This document shows, piece after piece, positions 56,103 through 64,000 of a stretch of DNA of 64,000 nt (its first letter is position 1; each line of letters opens with the position of its first letter). The stretch is taken from the NCBI GenBank assembly GCA_009839745.1, contig VXPE01000108.1, positions 8,121-72,120 of the forward strand, written 5' to 3'. A model generated the notes under the pieces. It was not told the origin of the DNA. It did not search any database and saw only the letters and a program-made list of their open reading frames with translations. The translations under genes and the position numbers were made by a program. This DNA comes from Candidatus Poribacteria bacterium. GTDB lineage: Bacteria > Poribacteria > WGA-4E > WGA-3G.

Positions 56103-56786
56103 CTAAAAACGTTGTTTGAGGCGTCCCCATGTCGTGGCAAGTTTATCATTCGCATCAACGGCAAGGGTATCTATAACGTTATCACCGGTAATCATGACAT
56201 CGTCAAAACTCGCTGCGGTCTCCCATGCCCATACACCGATTTTGCCGGTCTTGTAGGCATTATCCTTCTGTTCACCCTGCAATTCGCCGTTAATATAAAA
56301 TTTAAATATCTCACCTTCAATCACAGCTTTAACATCAAGCCATTCTTCGAGCTCTATCTTCACTTTTTTAGTGGCCGGAATATTACTGTTAATCGCTTGA
56401 CGCGTATCCCACGCCCCTTTGGTATGCTTCCAGAGTTCAGACTTGTTGTTCGGAATGTTGAGATAATAGACATAGTACTCATGCTCGCTTTGTGCCCGGA
56501 AAACGAGACCTGCCCAATTGTGCTCATCTATTCGGATTTTTGCTTCAACGGTGTAATCATCCCAGTCCTCTTCACCGACGAGAGAATGTTCAGCTTTCCC
56601 GCCTCTTTCGACTTGGTAGATACCACCTTTGATTTCCCAATTTCCGTTCGCGACTTTCCAGTCATCGTGTTTTTCCTCAAAGTCCCACAATTGCGTCCCT
56701 GCAAAAGTTGGTAGCGAAAACGCGACCCCCAAAAGCATAATAAGACTCAGGGGAACTAACTTCGAGAATCCGATAGCCGTTCTCAT
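56103..56786 (-). CDS. Secreted ConA-like lectin/glucanase fold protein (DUF1080-like) with a C-terminal LATTWGRLKQ tail
   Basis: Start at MRTAIGF after AGGAGGAG. Signal ...AFSLPTFAG. WKVANGNWEIKGGIY...DYTVEAKIRI...VFRAQ.... Ends DANDKLATTWGRLKQRF. Confidence 0.7.
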   Translation of the reverse strand: MRTAIGFSKLVPLSLIMLLGVAFSLPTFAGTQLWDFEEKHDDWKVANGNWEIKGGIYQVERGGKAEHSLVGEEDWDDYTVEAKIRIDEHNWAGLVFRAQSEHEYYVYYLNIPNNKSELWKHTKGAWDTRQAINSNIPATKKVKIELEEWLDVKAVIEGEIFKFYINGELQGEQKDNAYKTGKIGVWAWETAASFDDVMITGDNVIDTLAVDANDKLATTWGRLKQRF

Positions 56787-57031
56787 ACTTTCTCCTCCTA
56801 TTTTCTCCCAATACAATATAGGGCTCATCAACACATTTTCTGCCATCATAACGATAGTAGAAACTACATAAATAGAATACCTTTAAAAGCGAATAAAGTC
56901 AACATTAACTTCAGAGACTTTAGAGCCAAAATAAGGCTTGCATCTAATCCTATTGTCGTGTATCTTAAAGGTATTCAGACACTCTTAGGCTTTATCTCTC
57001 AAATGACACAGAGTTTAGAAAGGAAAATATT

Positions 57032-58009
57032 TTGCGTATAAGGATTTTAATCACACTTTTAATCACCTGCTTTGCTGTAATAGAGGCAACTCCCGCAGCA
57101 CTAAAAGTCGGTCTCATCTATGATATCACCGGGCGCGGTGATCTCTCCTTCTGCGATGCCGCCTACGCAGGCGCGAAAAAAGCAAAAGACGAATGGGGAT
57201 TCAAACTCACAGAGGTCACGCCAAGCCTCAGCACGGATAACGAGTTAACGCTCCGCAGACTCGCAAAACTGAAATATGATCTCATCATCGGGGTCGGTTT
57301 CCTGTTTCAAGAACCGATGAACCGTGTCGCAAGCGATTTCCCGGATGTCAAGTTCGCACTCATTGACGCAGTCATAGAACACCCCAACGTCGCCTCGCTG
57401 ACCTACCGAGCACACGAAGGCACATTTCTTGCAGGGGTCATTTCAGCGTTGAAAACCGAGGAAAAGCAGATAGGTTTCATCGGAGGGATGAAGGTGCCGC
57501 TGGTTGAGGCTTTTGAAATCGGCTATCGAGCCGGTATTGTGGCAACGAACCCCGATCTTAAACTGGTGGCGGATTACGTAGGTGTTACGCCGCAAGCATT
57601 CAACGATCCGGCAAAAGCCAAGGAGCTCGCACTTTCGCAATACAACCGTGGCATAGATATTATCCTTGCCGCTGCCGGTGCGAGCGGCTTGGGGGTTCTT
57701 GAAGCCGCAAAAGCAACACAAAAATCAATCATCTGGGTCGATTCCAATGGTAACAATCTCGCCCCCGGCTTAGTACTCACAAGTGTTATCAAGGGTGTGG
57801 AAATATCGGTTTATGAGACAATAAAGAGTGTCCAAGAAGGAAATTTCTCTGGCGGTTTGAAAGAGTACGGGCTTAAAGAGGGCGGTGTCGAGTACATTAT
57901 TGATGATGTCAATCGCGCGCTCCTCTCGGACGAGATTCTGGAACAGGTCGAGGCATTTAAGACGAAAATTATCGCGGGCGATATCGTCGTTCCGCACAAA
58001 CGGCAGTAA
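57032..58009 (+). CDS. BMP family (Med/PnrA-like) ABC transporter substrate-binding protein
   Basis: TTG start and signal peptide. KVGLIYDITGRGDLSFCDAAYAG..., GFIGGM. Confidence 0.75.
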   Translation: MRIRILITLLITCFAVIEATPAALKVGLIYDITGRGDLSFCDAAYAGAKKAKDEWGFKLTEVTPSLSTDNELTLRRLAKLKYDLIIGVGFLFQEPMNRVASDFPDVKFALIDAVIEHPNVASLTYRAHEGTFLAGVISALKTEEKQIGFIGGMKVPLVEAFEIGYRAGIVATNPDLKLVADYVGVTPQAFNDPAKAKELALSQYNRGIDIILAAAGASGLGVLEAAKATQKSIIWVDSNGNNLAPGLVLTSVIKGVEISVYETIKSVQEGNFSGGLKEYGLKEGGVEYIIDDVNRALLSDEILEQVEAFKTKIIAGDIVVPHKRQ

Positions 58010-58011
58010 AG

Positions 58012-59541
58012 ATGGCGCGTACATCAATCATTGAGATGCATGGCATCAACAAGCGTTTTGGGCAAGTACAGGCAAACGACGCAGTAGATTTCACGCTCCA
58101 TCGGGGTGAGATCCACGCCATTGTTGGTGAAAACGGGGCAGGCAAGTCTACACTGATGAAAATTCTCTACGGGTTGTATCAACCCGATACAGGCGAGATT
58201 TTCGTCGATGGACGTGCTGTGGCTATCTCTTCACCACGACGCGCAATGCAGCTCGGTTTGGGGATGGTCCAGCAACACTTTACGCTGATTCCCGTCTTCA
58301 CGGCACTTCAAAACATCGTCCTTGCCAAAGAGCCTCGCAAATTCGGTGCACTTCTCGATTATCAACAGGCAGGAGAACAGATTGCTGCTCTCGCAGCACA
58401 ACTCGGTTTCGATGTCCCACTGAACACCCCTGTCGAATCCCTCCCAATTGGGGCACAACAACACACCGAAATCCTGAAAGTCCTCTACCACGGGGCAGAC
58501 ATCCTTATCATGGATGAACCGACAGCCGTGCTTGCACCCCAAGAGGTTGAAGGACTCTTTAATTGTATGCGTAGCCTCAAAAGCGAGGGAAAAAGCCTCA
58601 TAATCATTACACATAAACTCGATGAAGTCATGGCAATCGCCGATCGTGTCACAGTAATGCGACGCGGGAGAGCCGTCGCTTCTTGTTTGATCGACGACAC
58701 CGATGCTGCAGTGTTGGCAGAAATGATTCTCGGTGAACCCGTTATCCCTACGTCTGTGACGCGAGAACAGACGACAGGCACAACACCTCTGCTCCGTTTG
58801 GAAAACGTCACGCTCTCAGGAGATTCTGACACCCACAGAAGACACACATGGAAAAAGGTGGTGACAAATAAAGCATCCAGCAAACGGTATCTCAACGAAG
58901 TGAACCTTGAAGTCTTCCCCGGTGAAATCGTCGGTATAGCAGGGGTCGAAGGGAACGGACAGTCAGAACTCGTTCAGGTCCTGACAGGATTACGGCAGAT
59001 AGATAGTGGGACACTCACGCTAAACGGAGAACGAATCGCTCACATCCCCGCCGATAGACACCGACACGGCATTAGTCTGAACGACCGAATTGACGATAAC
59101 TTTATCATCAGGCATCATAAACACAGTCGGTTCTGCCGATACGAACTACTGCAGCGAAAATCAATTCAACGGTATGCGCTGAATGCCCTTGATAAATACC
59201 AAATTCGTGTTGGAGATATAGCGGATCCGATACGAACCCTCTCTGGCGGGAATCAACAGAAAGTCGTCGTCGCACGCGAGTTAGAGGCACATCCCGAAGT
59301 TATCATTGCGGCACATCCAACGCGAGGTTTAGACATCCATGCCGCGGAATTTGTCCATACACGACTTATTCATGCTCGGAACCGCGCCAAAGCCGTTTTA
59401 CTCGTCTCCTCTGAATTGGATGAACTCCTTCATTTGAGCGACAGGATCGCAGTGATGTACGATGGCAAAATTGTTGGTATTGTGAAGCCTGCAGAAACAA
59501 ATAAACAGGAGTTGGGTGCCCTGATGCTCGGTTTGACGTAG
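58012..59541 (+). CDS. ABC transporter ATP-binding protein, duplicated NBD (sugar/nucleoside type)
   Basis: GENGAGKST Walker A, ILIMDEPT, and a second NBD with GIAGVEGNGQSEL and LSGGNQQK. Confidence 0.85.
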   Translation: MARTSIIEMHGINKRFGQVQANDAVDFTLHRGEIHAIVGENGAGKSTLMKILYGLYQPDTGEIFVDGRAVAISSPRRAMQLGLGMVQQHFTLIPVFTALQNIVLAKEPRKFGALLDYQQAGEQIAALAAQLGFDVPLNTPVESLPIGAQQHTEILKVLYHGADILIMDEPTAVLAPQEVEGLFNCMRSLKSEGKSLIIITHKLDEVMAIADRVTVMRRGRAVASCLIDDTDAAVLAEMILGEPVIPTSVTREQTTGTTPLLRLENVTLSGDSDTHRRHTWKKVVTNKASSKRYLNEVNLEVFPGEIVGIAGVEGNGQSELVQVLTGLRQIDSGTLTLNGERIAHIPADRHRHGISLNDRIDDNFIIRHHKHSRFCRYELLQRKSIQRYALNALDKYQIRVGDIADPIRTLSGGNQQKVVVARELEAHPEVIIAAHPTRGLDIHAAEFVHTRLIHARNRAKAVLLVSSELDELLHLSDRIAVMYDGKIVGIVKPAETNKQELGALMLGLT

Positions 59542-59603
59542 TGCTCAGGTTAGATTGACAAATGCTGCAGGACACGCTATACTATACAATGGAGGAAGGC
59601 ACT

Positions 59604-60044
59604 ATGAAATATACTTTATTTTTCTTTGCTGCGTTTTTTGTAATTATATCGCCTACCTTTAGTGAATTAACGTCTCAAGATCTTGACAAGATCCGTCTGA
59701 TTGTCAAAGAAGAGGTTTCTGAATCCGAGGAGCGGCTCAGAGCAGAAATCGCTGAGTCTGAAAAGCGGCTCAGATCAGAAATCGAGAAATCCGAGTCGAA
59801 TATGAAAGGATATGTTGACCTCAAATTTGAGGGCGTTAACACCAAATTTGAAGGGGTTGACCAACGGCTTACCTTGGTCGTAGGCTTCGTATCCGCGCTC
59901 ATAATTCTCATCGTTGTAACTGTAGTCATTCCACAAATTATCATAGCATGGCGGGGGAAAAACGAGCGAGAACAAGGCAAAAAAATCGAAAAACTATCGC
60001 GAGAAATAGAAGCCCTGAAACAACGGCACATTGTAAGTCCGTAG
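59604..60044 (+). CDS. Membrane-anchored coiled-coil protein (second member of the tail-anchored type)
   Basis: Start at MKYTLFFF after GGAGGA. An N-terminal hydrophobic segment, repeats SEERLRAEIAESEKRLRSEIEKSE and KFEGVNTKFEGV, and the TM LVVGFVSALIILIVVTVVIPQIII. Confidence 0.5.
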   Translation: MKYTLFFFAAFFVIISPTFSELTSQDLDKIRLIVKEEVSESEERLRAEIAESEKRLRSEIEKSESNMKGYVDLKFEGVNTKFEGVDQRLTLVVGFVSALIILIVVTVVIPQIIIAWRGKNEREQGKKIEKLSREIEALKQRHIVSP

Positions 60045-60069
60045 TATCCGAACAGAGGACTCCAGAAAA

Positions 60070-60918
60070 ATGATAATTGATTCCCATACCCACGCATGGC
60101 CCCGGTGGCCCTATCAACCCCCTGTTCCTGATGACGAAAGTCGCGGTAAAGTTGAACAACTCCTCCACGAAATGGATCTGCACGATGTCGATAAAGCCGT
60201 GCTTATCTGCGCACGCATCGATCGAAACCCCGAAAACAACGATTACGTCGCAGCGTGTGTCAAACGTTACCCTGAGCGACTCATCCAGTTTGCTGATGTG
60301 GATTGCTCATGGACAGAGACGTATCACACGGATGGTGCCGCCGATCGGTTGAAAACTGCAGCGGAAGTGTATTCCCTCAAAGGCTATACGCACTACCTCA
60401 GGGGGGATGACGATGGGAGTTGGTTCTTTTCAGCGGAGGGACAACGTTTCTTCCAGACGACAGCCGACCTCGGACTCATCGCCAGCATCGCCATGGGAAG
60501 CCATCAGCACGAGGCACTCCGAAAACTCGCGGCGCAGTTCCCGACTGTGCCATTTCTGTGCCATCACATGGGCGGTGCGCGCGCCGGTGAGGAACCTCCG
60601 TATCCGCAGCTCAAGCAGGTGCTTGCATCAGGGGACGTGCCGAACATTCACATCAAGATGTCAGGTTTCGCTTATGTCTCGCAGGTCTCATGGGATTATC
60701 CACAATCGGATACCCATTGGATTGTGCGTGCCCTCTATGAACACTTCGGGCCTGATCGTCTCTGTTGGGGGTCCGACTATCCAGTTGTTCGCAACTTTAT
60801 GACCTATCAGCACGCCCTTGAGGCGTTCCGAACGCACTGTCCATTTATCCCAGAGGCAGACAAAGCGGAGATTTTAGGCGGAACGCTCCATCGCCTGTTA
60901 GCGGAAGCAGGAAGATAG
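60070..60918 (+). CDS. Amidohydrolase-2 family metal-dependent hydrolase
   Basis: MIIDSHTHAW (HxH), later HH.GG and WGSDYP motifs. Confidence 0.75.
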   Translation: MIIDSHTHAWPRWPYQPPVPDDESRGKVEQLLHEMDLHDVDKAVLICARIDRNPENNDYVAACVKRYPERLIQFADVDCSWTETYHTDGAADRLKTAAEVYSLKGYTHYLRGDDDGSWFFSAEGQRFFQTTADLGLIASIAMGSHQHEALRKLAAQFPTVPFLCHHMGGARAGEEPPYPQLKQVLASGDVPNIHIKMSGFAYVSQVSWDYPQSDTHWIVRALYEHFGPDRLCWGSDYPVVRNFMTYQHALEAFRTHCPFIPEADKAEILGGTLHRLLAEAGR

Positions 60919-61079
60919 CACGACCTCTATTGATTCTCGGGCGTGCCGGTAGATAACAGAAAAAGCAGAAAAGGTTGCTTTTTAAATTGATTTAAGGTAT
61001 AATAAGAGTTAAGGTTAAAATGGTATAGTGTTACTATTGCGTTTAGTAAGGTGAATCTCAAAAAAATGGAGAAATTAAG

Positions 61080-61733
61080 ATGAGAAATATCTTTGTTTTG
61101 ACGGTCCTCGCGCTGACCTTCATAGCAGGTTTCGCTTTTGCCAGCGAATCACCGACTGTGCAAGGCGAATACATTGAAGCCCGTTCAGCGAGTGTCTATG
61201 TCGGAGCATGCCACTATGGTTCCGAATTCGTGGAAGGTGGCAGAGAGGCAACCGCCGTCTGGAACATCCAGAGTGGAACGTGGAACGATGTTTCACTGGA
61301 GAACCTAACAGTCGTCGCTGTTATTAGTGCGAAAAACAATTTGGCAATTGAGACCAAGACCCGTAAGAGCGTGTTATACATGGATCCGAGTACTACCGCA
61401 GAACAGCGCGCCGCACTCAGCGACCTACTCACGACGAAATATGCTGGTGTTTTGGGTGAAGTCGTCGCAACCCAAACCGCTTCCGTTGAATTCACGAAGG
61501 AAGGCACCAAATATGATATAAGCGTTGGTGAAGTTCTCAAACTTTCCGCCAATCGTTATCCGTGTGCCGATTGCACACAGCCCCATCAGATCTGGTACAA
61601 ACCACTGACAACGATTCAGAACGCCATTGTCGGTAAATCCGAAGTTTATCGCTATAAGGATGCCCACCTCCCGGTGACGTGGCAGCAGAGCGGCACAGAG
61701 AACAACGTCTTTGTCGGCGACTTCTCGATTTAA
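61080..61733 (+). CDS. Secreted hypothetical protein
   Basis: Signal peptide MRNIFVLTVLALTFIAGFAFA. No confident family assignment. Confidence 0.45.
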   Translation: MRNIFVLTVLALTFIAGFAFASESPTVQGEYIEARSASVYVGACHYGSEFVEGGREATAVWNIQSGTWNDVSLENLTVVAVISAKNNLAIETKTRKSVLYMDPSTTAEQRAALSDLLTTKYAGVLGEVVATQTASVEFTKEGTKYDISVGEVLKLSANRYPCADCTQPHQIWYKPLTTIQNAIVGKSEVYRYKDAHLPVTWQQSGTENNVFVGDFSI

Positions 61734-61923
61734 GGTAGTGAATGTCTGTAGTTACCTCTGCGTAGCTACAGACACCTCTTACACGCCTCAGAATAGTGAT
61801 TTTTAACTTACTATAAAGGTTCTCCGCAGTAGAGTCCATGCGATTTCAAGCGGATATGAAAAACGGCTCAAACCAAGGTATTACTGGATTCAAGCCGATT
61901 TAGAAAATGTCTGATAGTTGCCC

Positions 61924-62628
61924 TTATCGGGCGTTTTTGATGCTGCCCCATGTGGTTGCGAGCTTGGCTCTGGGGTCTACGGGAAAACTATCATCGCCGA
62001 AGAACTCAATCTCGCCAATTTGAAAGTACGCCCCAGCCGGGTTCGATGCGGTGTCAAAAGTAACATGCCGAAAAAAACTATACCCGGTTTTTTGAACGTC
62101 GTAATCTTCCCCTGCCTCAAAAAGGACGACTTGCAGTCGCTGATCCCAAAAACTCTTCCCGTCGTGAGCATAGATGGTCGTAAACTTCTTGCCGTCGTTC
62201 GACCCCTGAACCTCCCACACTGTAGGGTCCCTCGGAGGAACATCGTTCGCTGAAGATACGGTGAAGTGTGTCAATGCGTACTGCTCCTCAAACTCAGCTG
62301 TCACGTGTAGACCTTCTTTCGGAATACCGCCCCCACGTCCGCAGCACCATTTGTCATTGCTGGGACCAAGGCGGTTATCGAAGACGTTAAACGCAAATTC
62401 TCCGCCCGCGAATCCGGGTTCATCATTGGCTGAGAAAGTGGCGTTGTAACCTTTATCTGCTTCAGGCTCGCCATCGTCTTCTGGGTCGGTGAGGTCTCCT
62501 CCGAGCAGTGAGTCCGTCCCTGTTCCCAAGACTTCCTCCGCCTGTGCCATGTCGCTCGTGCTGATAACAAGACAGGCTATCATCAACACAAATCCTGCTA
62601 ATACCAACATAATTTTCATGTCGTTCAA
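61924..62628 (-). CDS. Secreted discoidin/F5-8 type C-like domain protein with a C-terminal LATTWGSIKN tail
   Basis: Signal/anchor IMLVLAGFVLMIACLVI. FDNRLGPSNDKWC...FTVSSANDVPPRDPTVWEVQGSNDG. Ends DPRAKLATTWGSIKNAR. Confidence 0.65.
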   Translation of the reverse strand: MNDMKIMLVLAGFVLMIACLVISTSDMAQAEEVLGTGTDSLLGGDLTDPEDDGEPEADKGYNATFSANDEPGFAGGEFAFNVFDNRLGPSNDKWCCGRGGGIPKEGLHVTAEFEEQYALTHFTVSSANDVPPRDPTVWEVQGSNDGKKFTTIYAHDGKSFWDQRLQVVLFEAGEDYDVQKTGYSFFRHVTFDTASNPAGAYFQIGEIEFFGDDSFPVDPRAKLATTWGSIKNAR

Positions 62629-63153
62629 TCTCCCAGAGAAATGAATCTCATTTTTACGTGAGTTTCCACTTCTTATATAAAACTAAAATAGACTAATAGA
62701 ATAACACATACACACCCCCATTTTCAAGGGAAGTGAACAGAATCTTTCAAGGCATCACACACCAAACACGGTTCAGTCGAAACGTGCTGATCATTGATGA
62801 GAACCGGAGTATCGTTATACTCAAACCTGACCGATCCCAAGTCGTCAAAAACCATTCACCCGACAGATTTAATTGGACTTACGGAGGATCAGAAACCGCA
62901 CAGTTGAGCGTAATCTATGAACCAAGAGCAGAGGTGAGAGTCTGTTCATGACACCACCTACGTAGGGACATTACCAGAGAAGAAATTGTTTGAATCATAG
63001 AGAATCCTATTGTATACTTAAGTAGTAGAGTTTATGGAGTATGCAACTCAGCAACAAAAAAGAAAACTGCAGACATGTGGTCGTATATGTCGTATATAAT
63101 GAATAGGCAAAAAAAGAGAAAATAAAAAAACACGAATATTAAAAGGAGAATGA

Positions 63154-63999
63154 ATGGATACAAAAATAACAGCCGAGGAACGGAAGTTTAAACTAACGCC
63201 TGAAGAACGATCCTCTTGGGACGAAAACGGATACTTTGTCCGTTACGACGTTTTTACAAAAAAAGAAAACGACGTTTTAGCGCAAATTGCGGATGACATT
63301 GCTATCCGAAAACGCTCCTTCCCCGACTATCATATCTTTCAAAACGCTTTAGTCAGAGACGGTAAAATCGAAGCACAAGGGATCTACGCGATGCACAATA
63401 TCCAATATGTGAGCTGTAATTGTTCAGAATTTCTCGCACGCACCCGTGATCCGCGGCTCACTGATCCCGTTGTTGACATACTCGGTCCAGATCTCCTCGG
63501 TCTCAATAATCTTTACATTTGGAAACCGCCAAAAATTGGTCTCGGTTTTCCGTGGCACCAAGATAAATGGTATTTTAACCATCAGTATAAGACTGGGACG
63601 ACAGTCGCCACATGGACTGCTATTGATGACGCAGATAAAGACAACGGATGTCTATACGTTATCCCCGGCAGTCATAAGTATGGAGTTCGTGAGCACATTG
63701 AGCTTGAAGGTTCACAACAGGGAGAGTTTAAACAAGCGCAAGGCGCTCGTGATGAAGATGGTGTTGCGGTAGAAGTCCCTGCTGGAGCGGTCATCTATTT
63801 TAACAGCCAAGTCCTCCATAAAAGTACGGATAACCACAGTGAGCGTTTCAGACGCGCAAACATCGCACATTATATCAGTGCCAAAGCAGAATGGACACGT
63901 CCGGAGGCTGTAAATAAAAAACGACCTCCCATGTGGATTCGGGGTGAAACCTATCCCGGTATGGCAGATGAAGTTCAATGGAACGTTATATCAATTCTA
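63154..63999 (+). CDS. Phytanoyl-CoA dioxygenase (PhyH) family protein, 3' end beyond the window
   Basis: Not in the supplied ORF track because there is no stop in the window. ATG after AAGGAG. I read the frame as open to the window end. WHQDKWYF, AIDDADKDNGCLYVIPGSH and a later LHKS. Confidence 0.75.
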   Translation, partial: MDTKITAEERKFKLTPEERSSWDENGYFVRYDVFTKKENDVLAQIADDIAIRKRSFPDYHIFQNALVRDGKIEAQGIYAMHNIQYVSCNCSEFLARTRDPRLTDPVVDILGPDLLGLNNLYIWKPPKIGLGFPWHQDKWYFNHQYKTGTTVATWTAIDDADKDNGCLYVIPGSHKYGVREHIELEGSQQGEFKQAQGARDEDGVAVEVPAGAVIYFNSQVLHKSTDNHSERFRRANIAHYISAKAEWTRPEAVNKKRPPMWIRGETYPGMADEVQWNVISIL

Positions 64000-64000
64000 T

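Noticed and set aside
56025-56714. 229-aa plus-strand ORF
   Set aside because: It lies antisense to the ConA-like secreted protein, which has an RBS, a signal peptide and recognisable fold motifs.
1-64000. Search by eye for tRNA, rRNA, tmRNA, SRP RNA, riboswitch cores, reverse transcriptase (retron, DGR or group II intron) and cas genes
   Set aside because: I could find no T-loop/acceptor patterns (GGTTCGAATCC-like with CCA context), no rRNA-like segments and no RT or Cas motifs. This was a visual scan only. It should be confirmed with tRNAscan-SE, Infernal/Rfam and profile HMMs.

Overview
The window reads as a chromosomal segment of an uncultivated bacterium. It has moderate GC by eye, with several visibly AT-rich inserts, and is densely coding. 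I found no rRNA, tRNA or convincing CRISPR array.

**Housekeeping genes**
- polA, trpS, ggt and an RRM RNA-binding protein.
- Futalosine-pathway menaquinone genes: mqnA, an mqnE/C-type radical SAM enzyme and a UbiD-type decarboxylase.
- A Fur / IscU-like / IscA-like cluster and an M29 aminopeptidase.

**Environmental and symbiont-style genes**
- A sulfatase, a GH32 enzyme, two PhyH dioxygenases, and ankyrin and TPR repeat proteins.
- A BNR/Ycf48-like propeller, a TolB-like propeller, LamG/ConA-like lectin folds and a discoidin-like domain.
- This gene content resembles Poribacteria or PVC-like marine lineages. That is inference only.

**Most notable observations**
1. Five otherwise unrelated signal-peptide proteins end in the same short tail, K-L-A-T-T-W-G-x-[IL]-K plus a basic end. 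It looks like an undescribed C-terminal sorting or docking tag.
2. An AT-rich three-gene insert (HNH nuclease, an 89-aa alpha/beta protein and a 2-TM protein) is wedged between ubiD and a thioredoxin-reductase-like gene.
3. There is IS200/IS605 debris. One piece is a TnpB C-terminal fragment with its right-end hairpin. The other is a roughly 490-bp ORF-less element bounded by two homologous hairpins, carrying a perfect TTGACA-N17-TATAAT promoter. It is a candidate orphan omega-RNA locus.
4. An archaeal-type phosphopantothenate synthetase is co-operonic with a 642-aa membrane protein. A decayed paralog of that membrane protein lies just upstream.
5. An ABC/AAA-type ATPase has its overlapping Toprim-like partner cut down to 17 codons.
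6. An IscU homolog lacks two of its three cluster-ligand cysteines.

Several gene remnants, short dispersed repeats and many near-consensus sigma-70 promoters are also recorded. All functional calls rest on motif recognition from the translated ORFs. No database search was possible.
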